The notes beneath the pieces were generated by a model. It ran no database searches. It saw only the letters and a program-made list of their open reading frames with translations, and had not been told where the DNA came from. From the NCBI GenBank assembly GCA_963696385.1, contig CAVOKF010000004.1, positions 512,001 to 576,000 on the forward strand: a stretch of 64,000 bases of DNA, given 5' to 3'. Of this stretch, positions 18,718 to 27,750 are shown piece after piece. The translations under genes and the position numbers were made by a program. Within the stretch, counting starts at the first letter, position 1; each line of letters opens with the position of its first letter. The stretch is from an uncultured delta proteobacterium (GTDB lineage Bacteria > Myxococcota_A > Polyangia > Polyangiales > Polyangiaceae).

Positions 18718-20010
18718 ATGCTTATCAGGGTGTACCGCATCGTTTCGGTCGGGGTTGTAGCCGCGCTAGCGGCGGCGTGTGGGGATGGGGCCCAGCATCT
18801 CGGCGGCACTCCACCGATGGATGACGGGAGCGCGGGCAGCGGCGATGGCAGCTCAGGCGCAGGCAGCTCCGCGCCGCTGGATGGTGGCGCGGCGGGCAGC
18901 GGGGATGGGGGCACGGCGGATGGGGGCACTGCGGCGTGCGTCGTCGGTGCGACCCGTTGCGCCGGTAATGGAGTCGAGACGTGCGGCTCGAACGGTAAGT
19001 GGGGTGCCGCCGTCGCCTGCGGGTCGTCGACCCCGGCGTGCGCCGAGGGCGCTTGCGTCGAGCCGCCGAGCTGCGCCGTGAGCGCCATGGGCACGACCAA
19101 CTGCGGCTCAAACAGCGAGAGCTGCTGTACGAGTCTTGCTGTGCCGGCCGGTACGTACGACCGCACGTACACCTCCGGCGCTAGCGGCGCTGCAAACTTG
19201 GCCGACGCCGCCAGCGTGAGCGGATTTCGGCTCGACAAGTACCTTGTTACGGTTGGCCGTTTCCGCCAGTTCGTCAACTACCTAACCGGCAGTGCGGGAG
19301 TGCCGCCGGCCAACGGCAGCGGAATTCATACGCACTTGAACGGCGGCCGCGGGCTTGCCAATAGTGCAAGCCCGGGTGCCTTCGAGACCGGCTGGGACGC
19401 GGCCAACTGGGACCCTGAAATCCCGACGGGGCCGGGCGGGTCGTGCGTATGGGATTGCAACCTAACCGACTGCCTTTCGGCTAGCACCTGGACCAATCCG
19501 GCGAGCACGCAGGAGAACCTACCGCTCACATGCGTCGATTGGTACGAGGCGTACGCGTTCTGCATCTGGGACGGAGGGTTTCTGCCGAGCGAAGCCGAGT
19601 GGGAGTACGTTGCCGCCGGCGGTAGTCAGCAGCGCGAGTACCCGTGGGGTTCGATGGATCCCGGTAGCGGCAACGAGTACGCCATCTATGGATGCTATTA
19701 CGGCGGCGCCGACGCCGGCTGCATGGGTGCCACGAGCATCGCGCCCGTCGGAACGGCAATTCTGGGGGCCGGGTACTGGGGACAGCTCGACATGGCCGGC
19801 GAGGTGTTCGAATGGAACCTCGACTGGTACGCACAGTATGTCGATCCGTGCACGGACTGCGCATACCTCACCTCGACCACGGTGCGAGTGATTCGCGGTG
19901 GCAACTACGGGGGAGTACTCGTGAACTTGCAGGCTGCGAATCGTGATTTCTTCGAAGACCCCACCGATCACGACAGCGTGATCGGGTTTCGGTGCGCCAG
20001 GAGCCCATGA
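18718..20010 (+). CDS. SUMF1/FGE-sulfatase domain lipoprotein, Cys-rich
   Basis: Lipobox LAAAC; FRLDKYLVTVGRF, CVDWYEAYAFC, LPSEAEWEY, DMAGEVFEW, IGFRCAR. Confidence 0.9.
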   Translation: MLIRVYRIVSVGVVAALAAACGDGAQHLGGTPPMDDGSAGSGDGSSGAGSSAPLDGGAAGSGDGGTADGGTAACVVGATRCAGNGVETCGSNGKWGAAVACGSSTPACAEGACVEPPSCAVSAMGTTNCGSNSESCCTSLAVPAGTYDRTYTSGASGAANLADAASVSGFRLDKYLVTVGRFRQFVNYLTGSAGVPPANGSGIHTHLNGGRGLANSASPGAFETGWDAANWDPEIPTGPGGSCVWDCNLTDCLSASTWTNPASTQENLPLTCVDWYEAYAFCIWDGGFLPSEAEWEYVAAGGSQQREYPWGSMDPGSGNEYAIYGCYYGGADAGCMGATSIAPVGTAILGAGYWGQLDMAGEVFEWNLDWYAQYVDPCTDCAYLTSTTVRVIRGGNYGGVLVNLQAANRDFFEDPTDHDSVIGFRCARSP

Positions 20011-20078
20011 GGTCCGGCGCGACGCTGCGGCTCCATCGTCGTGGTGGAGCCCAGACGGCTGTGTCGCGAACATCCCCA

Positions 20079-21137
20079 TCAGCGAACATAAACCTCCATC
20101 GCGACGTTGACGTGCGGCGTGATGCCCCAGTTCCAGAAGGAGACGTTGTCGACCACGTCAAGCACGAACCCGTCGGCTCCGTTGCCGCACGCATGGTAAA
20201 CGGCAGGCCACGTTTCGCCCGCGACGGGGCAAGTGAACGCCAAAATGCTTTGCGGCGCCTGCCCTTGATTGGTCGCCTTACCCGGGTCCCCCACGACCGT
20301 CCACGCCGCCTCCTCGGCGACGGCGTCTCCAACAGGCTCATTGGCGTTCGTAATGAGCCCCATCCGGAGGTTCTGGATCGGGACCGCGGTGGCGCTGGTA
20401 ACGTAGGCCAGCGGCGCGCCCGATCCACTCGCGGTGCGCACGTGGACCGTTGTGGATCCTCGGGCGAGCGCGGTAAGCGCCGCACTGGGCATGTACGCGC
20501 ACGAGCCCAGAGCGACGGTTCCCGCTGTCGCCGTGGCTGGAGTGCAGTCGCCGCCGTTCGTCGATTCGACAAGCGTCCAGCCGCCGTCAGCGAAGTTCAT
20601 GTCGCAATAAACTTCAAGAGACGATCCATCCGGAAAGATACTGTAGTTCGCGCTCGAGCTTGTTGGCGCTGCATTGAGGATCTCCCGGCATGAGGCATAC
20701 GAAGTCACCGACGGCCCCCCCGCGTCGACGGCTGAGCCGTCCGTTAGAGAGCCGTCGGCGGCGTCGCTGTCCGCCCCCGAGACGGGCCCCTCGCTCTCCA
20801 CGGTGCTTGCGTCGTCCGGCGCCGGGATCACGCCGTCGGGCGCAGAAAGGGTGGCACCGGTAGAGTCGTCTGGCCCATCGTCCTCTGCGTCGTCGGCTGA
20901 CGCGACGAAAATCGGAGGCCCGTCGCCCTCTCCCGCGGCCGCGTCGGTCTCTCCCGCAGCGGCTTCTGCCTCAACGAGGTTGGCTGCATCTCCAACCGAG
21001 CCCGCCGCCTCATCTACAAATCCGCTGTCACCCGAGGGTCGCTCGGTCAAGCCGTCGACGTTGAGCAGGGCCTCGCAGCCGAAAAGCCCGAGAACAAGCG
21101 CCGTGCAGAAACCAAGAGCACGCGCCACCTGCCTCAT
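20079..21137 (-). CDS. Lipoprotein with acidic linker and fibrinogen-like (YCDM...GGW) domain
   Basis: Lipobox LFGC; SCREIL...Y.I...VYCDMNFADGGWTLV. Confidence 0.8.
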   Translation of the reverse strand: MRQVARALGFCTALVLGLFGCEALLNVDGLTERPSGDSGFVDEAAGSVGDAANLVEAEAAAGETDAAAGEGDGPPIFVASADDAEDDGPDDSTGATLSAPDGVIPAPDDASTVESEGPVSGADSDAADGSLTDGSAVDAGGPSVTSYASCREILNAAPTSSSANYSIFPDGSSLEVYCDMNFADGGWTLVESTNGGDCTPATATAGTVALGSCAYMPSAALTALARGSTTVHVRTASGSGAPLAYVTSATAVPIQNLRMGLITNANEPVGDAVAEEAAWTVVGDPGKATNQGQAPQSILAFTCPVAGETWPAVYHACGNGADGFVLDVVDNVSFWNWGITPHVNVAMEVYVR

Positions 21138-21391
21138 CCTAGAACGTGCCATCCGCGAGGGTGATGACTGAAATGCAACTCGGCCCACGTCCCATTTATC
21201 CGATCTGCCGTCCGCGTCTCGGTGACGAACCGAAGGGTGCGGCCCGCGTAGCCGTCGTGGCCCTGGGCGTCGTATCCTCCGCGGAGCCGCATACGCAACC
21301 CGACATCTAGCTGCAGTGTGTGTACCCGGCGCGCCCAATCTCCTTTTCTACGTAGCGTGAAAAATGGAGATGATGTCCTCATAGCCCGGCG

Positions 21392-22273
21392 ATGCGGCCC
21401 CTCGCGAGAGCCACACTTCAGATTCACGTGTGCGTCCTGCTATGGGGCTTCACGTCGGTCCTCGGGCGACTCATCACCCTGCCCGCGCTACCGCTCGTCT
21501 GGTGGCGCATGGCGATCGTGGTCAGTGTGCTCGGGCTCGTGCCGAGCGTGCGGCGACAGGTGCTGATCACGTCGAAAGGGCTGCTCGCCGCGTACGCCGG
21601 CATCGGGGTGGTTGTGACCCTTCATTGGCTGACGTTTTATGGCGCGATCAAGCTTGCGAATGCGTCGGTCGGCGCCGCGTGCTTGGCGCTTGCGCCAGCG
21701 TTTCTCGCGATCCTCGAACCGCTCACCACGCGCCGTCGCTTCGATCCACGCGAGCTGTTGCTCGGCGTCGCCGTCGTACCCGGGGTCGCCCTGCTCGTCG
21801 GTGGAATTCCCCACCGAATGCGCTCGGGCGTGACGATGGGCGTGTTGTCGGCGCTCTCGGCCGCTCTGTTCAATGCGCTCAACAAGCGAGTGGTCCACAA
21901 AGCGCACCCCCTTGTCATCACTTGCATCGAGCTGGCCCCTGGTGTCATGCTCCTCCCCGGGCTCGCCGCCTTGCTGCCGCATGGCCCGGGGCCGCTTCTT
22001 CCGGTGCCCAACGCGCGTGACGCATGGCTTCTCGCGGTACTCGCCATCGCCTGCACGCTGGTCCCGTTCGCGCTGGCCCTGACGGCGCTGCGGCACCTCA
22101 CCGCGTACGCAGTGCAGCTCGCGGTCAACCTCGAGCCGGTCTACTCGATCCTGCTGGCGGTTGTGATCCTCGGCGAGCAACGGGAGCTTGGCGGCTCGTT
22201 TTACGCAGGCGTGGTGATCATCCTGGGTGCCGTGATCGGGGAGAAGGCTTGGCTCACGCGGTCGCCGATATGA
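21392..22273 (+). CDS. DMT/EamA family transporter
   Basis: LWGFTSVLGRLI, LHWLTFYGAIK, NLEPVYSILLA; about 10 TM segments. Confidence 0.9.
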   Translation: MRPLARATLQIHVCVLLWGFTSVLGRLITLPALPLVWWRMAIVVSVLGLVPSVRRQVLITSKGLLAAYAGIGVVVTLHWLTFYGAIKLANASVGAACLALAPAFLAILEPLTTRRRFDPRELLLGVAVVPGVALLVGGIPHRMRSGVTMGVLSALSAALFNALNKRVVHKAHPLVITCIELAPGVMLLPGLAALLPHGPGPLLPVPNARDAWLLAVLAIACTLVPFALALTALRHLTAYAVQLAVNLEPVYSILLAVVILGEQRELGGSFYAGVVIILGAVIGEKAWLTRSPI

Positions 22274-22299
22274 AGGCCGACCGAGATGCAGCCGTGACG

Positions 22300-22827
22300 T
22301 TACGCCTTGGTAGCCTCGATTTCGATCGCGATGTCGACCTTCTCGCTGAGGGCCAGGCCACCGGCCTCCAGAACTTGATTGTAGGTCACGCCAAAATCCT
22401 TGCGGTTGATGCTGGTGTGTGCAGAAAAGCCCGCGCGCTCGCCCATTTGCGGGTGCACGCTGCGTCCCGCGTACTCGACGTCGAGGACCACGGATTTCGT
22501 GACGCCGCGTAGCGTGAGGTCCCCGGTTACTTTGAAGGTGGCCTTGGTGCCCTGCACCTTCGTGCTCTTGAACGTGATCTGCGGAAACCTCTCGGCTTCG
22601 AAGAAATCGCCGCTGCGTAGGTGCGCGTCCCGCTGCGGCTCTCGCGTGTCGACGCTCGCAACGTCAATCGTCACCTCGACTTGCGAGGCTGCGACGTTCG
22701 CCTCATCGAAGGCCAACGTCCCCTTCCATTTTGTGAAGAGACCGTGCACCTTCGACACCATGAGATGCCGAACGGTGAAGCCGACGGTGGAGTGGACGGT
22801 ATCGATGTTCCAGTTCTCGAGAGCCAT
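22300..22827 (-). CDS. yceI: YceI family (polyisoprenoid-binding) protein
   Basis: WNIDTVHSTVGFTVRHL, RDAHLRSGDFF, GDLTLRGVTK, INRKDFG. Confidence 0.9.
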   Translation of the reverse strand: MALENWNIDTVHSTVGFTVRHLMVSKVHGLFTKWKGTLAFDEANVAASQVEVTIDVASVDTREPQRDAHLRSGDFFEAERFPQITFKSTKVQGTKATFKVTGDLTLRGVTKSVVLDVEYAGRSVHPQMGERAGFSAHTSINRKDFGVTYNQVLEAGGLALSEKVDIAIEIEATKA

Positions 22828-22962
22828 GGAAGCGCATCCTTTCGATTTCGTGCGTGGCAACCGTTCGATGCTCGAGGCGCACAATCCGTCGCCGGCGTGA
22901 ACGAGGGCGCGAACGCTACCACTAGCGGTCGCAGCCGTCATGTCTCGTTCGGGGCTATCCGT

Positions 22963-22998
22963 CCCGTCCCCGGCCCCGGCCCCGGCCCCGTCCTCGTC
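22963..22998 (-). repeat. Hexamer tandem repeat, (GGGGCC)n-like on the minus strand
   Basis: + strand cccgtc cccggc cccggc cccggc cccgtc ctcgtc; four C4 tracts at 22968, 22974, 22980 and 22986. Confidence 0.8.
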
Positions 22999-23071
22999 CG
23001 CGCCATTTCCGTGACCTGCCGGTGGCCGTGTTTTCCGTGCGGACGTTGGCCCCGACACGCTCGTGCTCGGC

Positions 23072-23281
23072 TCACCCCGGTGCCGCTGCTTGCGAGGCGC
23101 TGCGAACTCTGCGCGCCAACGTCTGGCCGCAAATGCACGTCCGGACCTCGATCACGTCGGAGTCCGGCCACGCGGTGACGAAATCGCGAACTCGCGCGGT
23201 CGTGATCTGCTCCACGACGCGAAGCTCGCCCCAGGCATCCGCGCCGTACGACCGGCCGCATCTACTGCACGGCTTGGGCAC
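23072..23281 (-). CDS. Small (69 aa) putative zinc-ribbon protein
   Basis: GTG start 2 nt after the padR stop; CSRC near the N-terminus and CIC near the C-terminus. Confidence 0.6.
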   Translation of the reverse strand: MPKPCSRCGRSYGADAWGELRVVEQITTARVRDFVTAWPDSDVIEVRTCICGQTLARRVRSASQAAAPG

Positions 23282-23282
23282 G

Positions 23283-23864
23283 TCACCGTTCCGGGTCGAC
23301 GATCGCTTCGATCTTCGCGATGGCTTCGTCAAGGACAGCGTGGAGCTTTTTGATGATGGAAGGGGTCAATCGTCCCCGCCGAGCGGAGCGTCCGATCGCC
23401 TTGAACATACGGCCCATGCGGCGGCTCAAGTCGCGCAGCTCCTCGGCAAAATCCTCCCACGAGCCCTCCCCCGCAGTCTCGTAGAAGTCGCGCACATCCT
23501 CGACGTGCTCATCGAGGTCGCGCTTACCCTCGAGGGTGATGGCGTAGACCTTCCGCGCCTCGCGCTCCTCAACGCGCGCGTGCCCAAGCTCTTCGAGCAT
23601 TTGCAACGTCGGGTAGATGACGCCCGGGCTCGGACGGTAGGTACCCGAGCTGCGTTCCTCGATCGCCTGAATGATCTCGTAGCCGTGCCTCGGCTGCGGC
23701 GCAATGGCGTCCAGAATGAGGTAGCGGACGACGCCGCGATCGGCGCGCGGGGGGGGGCTGCCGAACAGTTCCGAAAAGTCGGGCCGGCCCGGGCGACCCG
23801 ATCGGCCGAAGGGGCCGGCGCGACCGCCGAAATGCGCATGCCAGTGTGCTCCGTGCATCGGCAT
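23283..23864 (-). CDS. PadR family transcriptional regulator
   Basis: AAGGAG RBS; RGVVRYLIL, HGYEII, PSPGVIYPTLQMLEE, KVYAIT. Confidence 0.93.
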   Translation of the reverse strand: MPMHGAHWHAHFGGRAGPFGRSGRPGRPDFSELFGSPPPRADRGVVRYLILDAIAPQPRHGYEIIQAIEERSSGTYRPSPGVIYPTLQMLEELGHARVEEREARKVYAITLEGKRDLDEHVEDVRDFYETAGEGSWEDFAEELRDLSRRMGRMFKAIGRSARRGRLTPSIIKKLHAVLDEAIAKIEAIVDPER

Positions 23865-23910
23865 CTCCTTTTGAAAAGGGCGATGCGAGACGCATCGCCA
23901 AGACGTATCA

Positions 23911-23953
23911 TATAGATGTATCTATAGATAGAGCGGTAGCAGTTTCCTGTCAA
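23911..23953 (-). promoter_or_regulatory. padR promoter with AT-rich palindromic operator
   Basis: Minus-strand TTGACA (23948-23953), 17 bp from TATCTA; inverted repeat TATAGAT-GT-ATCTATA at 23911-23926. Confidence 0.7.
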
Positions 23954-24217
23954 GCCTCGCCACCCTTCCCTTCCGGCCATGGGCGTCGGGTCGCCGTGGA
24001 TCACACGACGCATCGACGACTGCGGCCGTCCGACGGCGATCGACGGGCATGGCCGGAAGGACACCCAATCACGGGGCAGGCGTGTCGCACGTGAAGGCCC
24101 GCGTTACGGGAAGCCGCGTCCAGTGACGCTGGAAGGCGCAACCATTAGCGAAATCCGGCCGAAGGTACGGGCGGGCGTCATGTCTTATGGGATGCTGTCC
24201 GAATGGGTCGCACGGTC

Positions 24218-26056
24218 ATGTCGTTGGGCGCGTACGTCCTATTTCTCGTCGCCATGCCGGGCGCGGCTGGGTGCGGCACCTCCGTCGGCAACGCGATAGG
24301 GAGCGCCACTCGAGGCTCATCCGTCAGCCAGCCGACCAGCTCCAGCAAGGCCGGAGCGAGCACGGGACTCGACGCGGGCGTTGGGACAAATTTCGGCGGG
24401 GGCGATGCGGCTCCGACGCTGGTCGGAATCAGCGCGACCGGCGACGCTTCGACGACGGCGCCTACGACGACGGCCGATCCGCAGACGTGCGCCGAGGCGG
24501 CGCAAGCGCACACGTACGTTGGCTGCGACTATTGGCCCACCGTCGTGGCCAATAACGTGTGGACCATCTTCGACTTCGCCGCAGTGGTCGCGAATGCAGG
24601 CACCGTTGCGGCCGATGTCACGGTCACCGGTCCCATGAACACGAACCAGACCGTCACCGTGCCGCCCGGCCAATTGGCAAAGATCTACCTGCCCTGGGTG
24701 CCCGCACTGAAGGGTCCGGCCGCCGACAATTGCGGTGCGGCCGCACCTCTGACCGATAGCGTCCTTGCGACCGGCGGTGCCTTCCACCTCGTCTCGACTG
24801 TGCCGGTCACCGTCTACCAGTTCAACGCACTCGAGTACCAAGGAGTGGGGGGCCCCGCAGGCAAGGACTGGAGCACGTGCCCAGGCCTCCAGGCATGCAT
24901 TGATCCGGCCGTCTACCTAGTCCCCGTAGAAGTGGGCTGCTACTCGTTCTCGAACGACGCGTCGCTGCTTCTGCCGAGCACAGCAATGACCGGCAACTAC
25001 CGCGTTGTGGGCCACGAAGGCACGGTTGAGACTGACCCAACGACGGGCCAAAGCTTGTCGAACGGGGGCTACATGGCCATCACGGCCACGGCCGATGCCA
25101 CAACCGTCACGGTCACCGTCTCGAGCGCTGGGCAGATCGCGGCGGGCACCGGCGTCGCTGCCACCAACGCCGGAGGCACGCTGACGCTGACGCTCAATGC
25201 CGGCGACGTCGCCGAGCTGCTCGGCCCCGGTGGTTCCGACTTAAGCGGGTCGATCGTGCAGGCGAGCGCGCCTGTCCAAGTCATCACGGGCAACCCCTGC
25301 TACGAGATCCCGCCGGGCACACCGGCTTGTGACCACATGGAAGAGTCGGTGCTGCCAGCAGAGACGTTCGGCAAAGATTACGTCGTCACCCGGCCCGCCG
25401 GTCCCTCGCTCCTCGACGGCGGCGGGGCCACCGAGGCACCGGTCCCGCATCAGGTGCGCTTCTATGGGAACTTCGACAACACCAACCTGACCTACAACCC
25501 CGCGGTCCCCGCGGGTTGTCCGACGACGCTCAGCGCCGGCCAGGTCGTCGAGTGCGGTGTCGGCGGCGCGTGCCCGACCACCATCAACGTCGCGGATACC
25601 TACACGTGCGGGGTCACCGACGAAGATTTCGAGGTGACCGGCGATCAGCCCTTCGCGGTCGCCACCTTCACCCTGGGCGCGACGCTCATCGACCCCCTGA
25701 TGATTCAGGGCGATCCTGCTCAAACCTCAGTCGCCGCCGTCGAGCAGTACCGGTCGAAGTACGTATTTCTCGCTCCCGAAGACTACATCGCCAACTTCGT
25801 CGATATCGTCGCCATGCCGGGCACCGTGATGACGATCGACGACCAGGACCTGGTCGCCGAGCCGCAGGCAATCGGGACGTCGGCCTACAGCGTCTACCGC
25901 GCCCAGCTGGGGCCTGGTCAACTGGGCGCACACGTGCTCATTGCGTCCCAGCCGGTCGGCCTCCAGGTCGTCGGCTACGGCGCTTACACGAGCTACCGAT
26001 ATCCCGGGGGGCTCAACCTCGCACAGATTGCCGCGCCGCCGCCGCCGCCGCGATAA
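24218..26056 (+). CDS. IgGFc-binding-domain lipoprotein
   Basis: Lipobox-like AAGC; YVGCDYWPT, VYQFNAL, SNDASLLLP, CDHMEE, VVGYG..TSYRYPGGLNL. Start is 24203 or 24218. Confidence 0.85.
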   Translation: MSLGAYVLFLVAMPGAAGCGTSVGNAIGSATRGSSVSQPTSSSKAGASTGLDAGVGTNFGGGDAAPTLVGISATGDASTTAPTTTADPQTCAEAAQAHTYVGCDYWPTVVANNVWTIFDFAAVVANAGTVAADVTVTGPMNTNQTVTVPPGQLAKIYLPWVPALKGPAADNCGAAAPLTDSVLATGGAFHLVSTVPVTVYQFNALEYQGVGGPAGKDWSTCPGLQACIDPAVYLVPVEVGCYSFSNDASLLLPSTAMTGNYRVVGHEGTVETDPTTGQSLSNGGYMAITATADATTVTVTVSSAGQIAAGTGVAATNAGGTLTLTLNAGDVAELLGPGGSDLSGSIVQASAPVQVITGNPCYEIPPGTPACDHMEESVLPAETFGKDYVVTRPAGPSLLDGGGATEAPVPHQVRFYGNFDNTNLTYNPAVPAGCPTTLSAGQVVECGVGGACPTTINVADTYTCGVTDEDFEVTGDQPFAVATFTLGATLIDPLMIQGDPAQTSVAAVEQYRSKYVFLAPEDYIANFVDIVAMPGTVMTIDDQDLVAEPQAIGTSAYSVYRAQLGPGQLGAHVLIASQPVGLQVVGYGAYTSYRYPGGLNLAQIAAPPPPPR

Positions 26057-26258
26057 GCCTCGTGCGCGCGCCCGGCGGCGCTGACGTCGAGACATCGCGC
26101 CCGGTCGCTCGACGTCCCCCGCTCACGGTCGACTCGCCATGAGCGGCGCCCGCGCAACGAACACCGCGCACGGCTGCCGTCCGGACGGCCGTTCACACGC
26201 CGTCATCGCTTCGCACGAACGGGTGCCGTGATTGCCGGGAAAGCGGATCCATGACGAG

Positions 26259-27389
26259 TTACTGCAGGCCGGACAGGCTCGTAAGCTGGCTCGGGCAGGT
26301 TACTTGCGTATACATCACGTTCGGATTGTTTGCGCCCTTCATCCAGCTGACGATGAATTCGCAGCCGGCCTCCATCGTCGCCGAATTCGCGAAGATCGAT
26401 TGGCATGCACTGGTCGTACACGCCGTGTACTCCGAATAATTGTAGTCGTCCTGCTGTTCGCACTGCAGCATGAGCCCCCCGTACTGGACGCCGAGCTGAG
26501 ACGTGGAGACCTTCCACTCGGTCGCGCAGGCGTCGTTCGCCCCGACGCCGCCTCCGGGAATCAGCAGGTCGAACTGGCCAGACTGCAAGCCACCTGTGTT
26601 GACCACCTGCACGGTGATGCTCTTTCCGCAGATCTGCTCCGACCCCGTGTCTTGCGTACCGTCGTTGGACTTGCCGGTGAACGTGAGCTGGAAACAGGTT
26701 CCGCAGCTCGCGCCGTCGTATGCCGCGAACGCGTACGCCAGCGAGTCGCTCACGATCTGCGGCGCCATGTCGTAACACTCGTACGCACTGCCGCCTTGGC
26801 ACGAGTCCTGGGCGCCGTCGTTGCGAGTGACCCCGTCGGCCGCGCACGTGTGCGACGACCCGCACGATGGCTTGCAGCAGTCCCAGTAGCGGGTCGCGTA
26901 CCCCGCCGTGCCGCTGGTCGGTGGAGTGCAAGCCGGCGCACTGCTCGATGACGCCGACGACTGCTGACTCGACGCGCTCGCGGAGCTCCCTTGCGAGCTG
27001 CCGCCCGTCGACCCGCTCGCGCCGCTCGATGTCGACGTGCTTGCCGACCCGTGACTCGACCCCGAGCTCGATCCGCTGCGGGAGCTCGACGCACCGCTGG
27101 ACCCGGCCGAGCTCGACGAGCCGCCGACGGGCGCCCCCGTCGATCCGGCGGTGCTTGAGCTGGTGCTCGATCCGCCCACGAAGCTCGCCGCACCACTGGA
27201 GCCGCTCAAGCTCGACGAGCCGCCGGCGAGCATGCCGGTCGACCCGGCGTACGAGTTCGATCCGCTCGACGCACTGCCGGCGGCTGCCGGATTCGAGCTC
27301 CCGGTTCCCGTCGACGACCCACCGCCGCAGGCAATCGCTATGATCGATCCTGCGGCGAGAGCCGCGATCGAGGTAACGCTTCGATTCAT
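26259..27389 (-). CDS. Lipoprotein GH45 endoglucanase with long Ser/Gly linker
   Basis: TRYWDCCKPSC and VVNTGG...FDLLIPGGGVG, with both catalytic Asp present; lipobox AIAC. Confidence 0.9.
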   Translation of the reverse strand: MNRSVTSIAALAAGSIIAIACGGGSSTGTGSSNPAAAGSASSGSNSYAGSTGMLAGGSSSLSGSSGAASFVGGSSTSSSTAGSTGAPVGGSSSSAGSSGASSSRSGSSSGSSHGSASTSTSSGASGSTGGSSQGSSASASSQQSSASSSSAPACTPPTSGTAGYATRYWDCCKPSCGSSHTCAADGVTRNDGAQDSCQGGSAYECYDMAPQIVSDSLAYAFAAYDGASCGTCFQLTFTGKSNDGTQDTGSEQICGKSITVQVVNTGGLQSGQFDLLIPGGGVGANDACATEWKVSTSQLGVQYGGLMLQCEQQDDYNYSEYTACTTSACQSIFANSATMEAGCEFIVSWMKGANNPNVMYTQVTCPSQLTSLSGLQ

Positions 27390-27750
27390 GATCTGGCCAC
27401 TTCTCCGCAAGATGATCCGATGAGGGACCGGCATCATGCCACGGAGGACCGCACCGTCATCGTCGTAAGGCATGGCATACCGCTTCGGCCGCGCCGAATG
27501 GAAAACTGCGAGGCGTGTCGTTCGACGTGAAAAGCGAAATAGCGCCCGGCTCATACCCAACGGTCAATGGGTTTTTTTGTTGCCACTGGAACGCGACGAG
27601 CGGGCAGGTCCGGCGCGTGATGCGACGAGACGGCGCGCCATATGCAGACCACCGATGTCACGACGCGGTGTCCATCGCCCCTCGGCCCTACCGCACGGCC
27701 TCGTTGCGACGATTGGGAGTGCCCATTCACCTCCCGCTGTTCGCGGCGAT

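Noticed and set aside
18718..20010. FGE/CLec-fold gene as a diversity-generating retroelement target
   Set aside because: No reverse transcriptase and no template-repeat copy of its 3' end seen in the window.
26930..27330. Imperfect gagctcgac-type DNA repeats
   Set aside because: Explained by the Ser/Gly linker codons of the GH45 gene.
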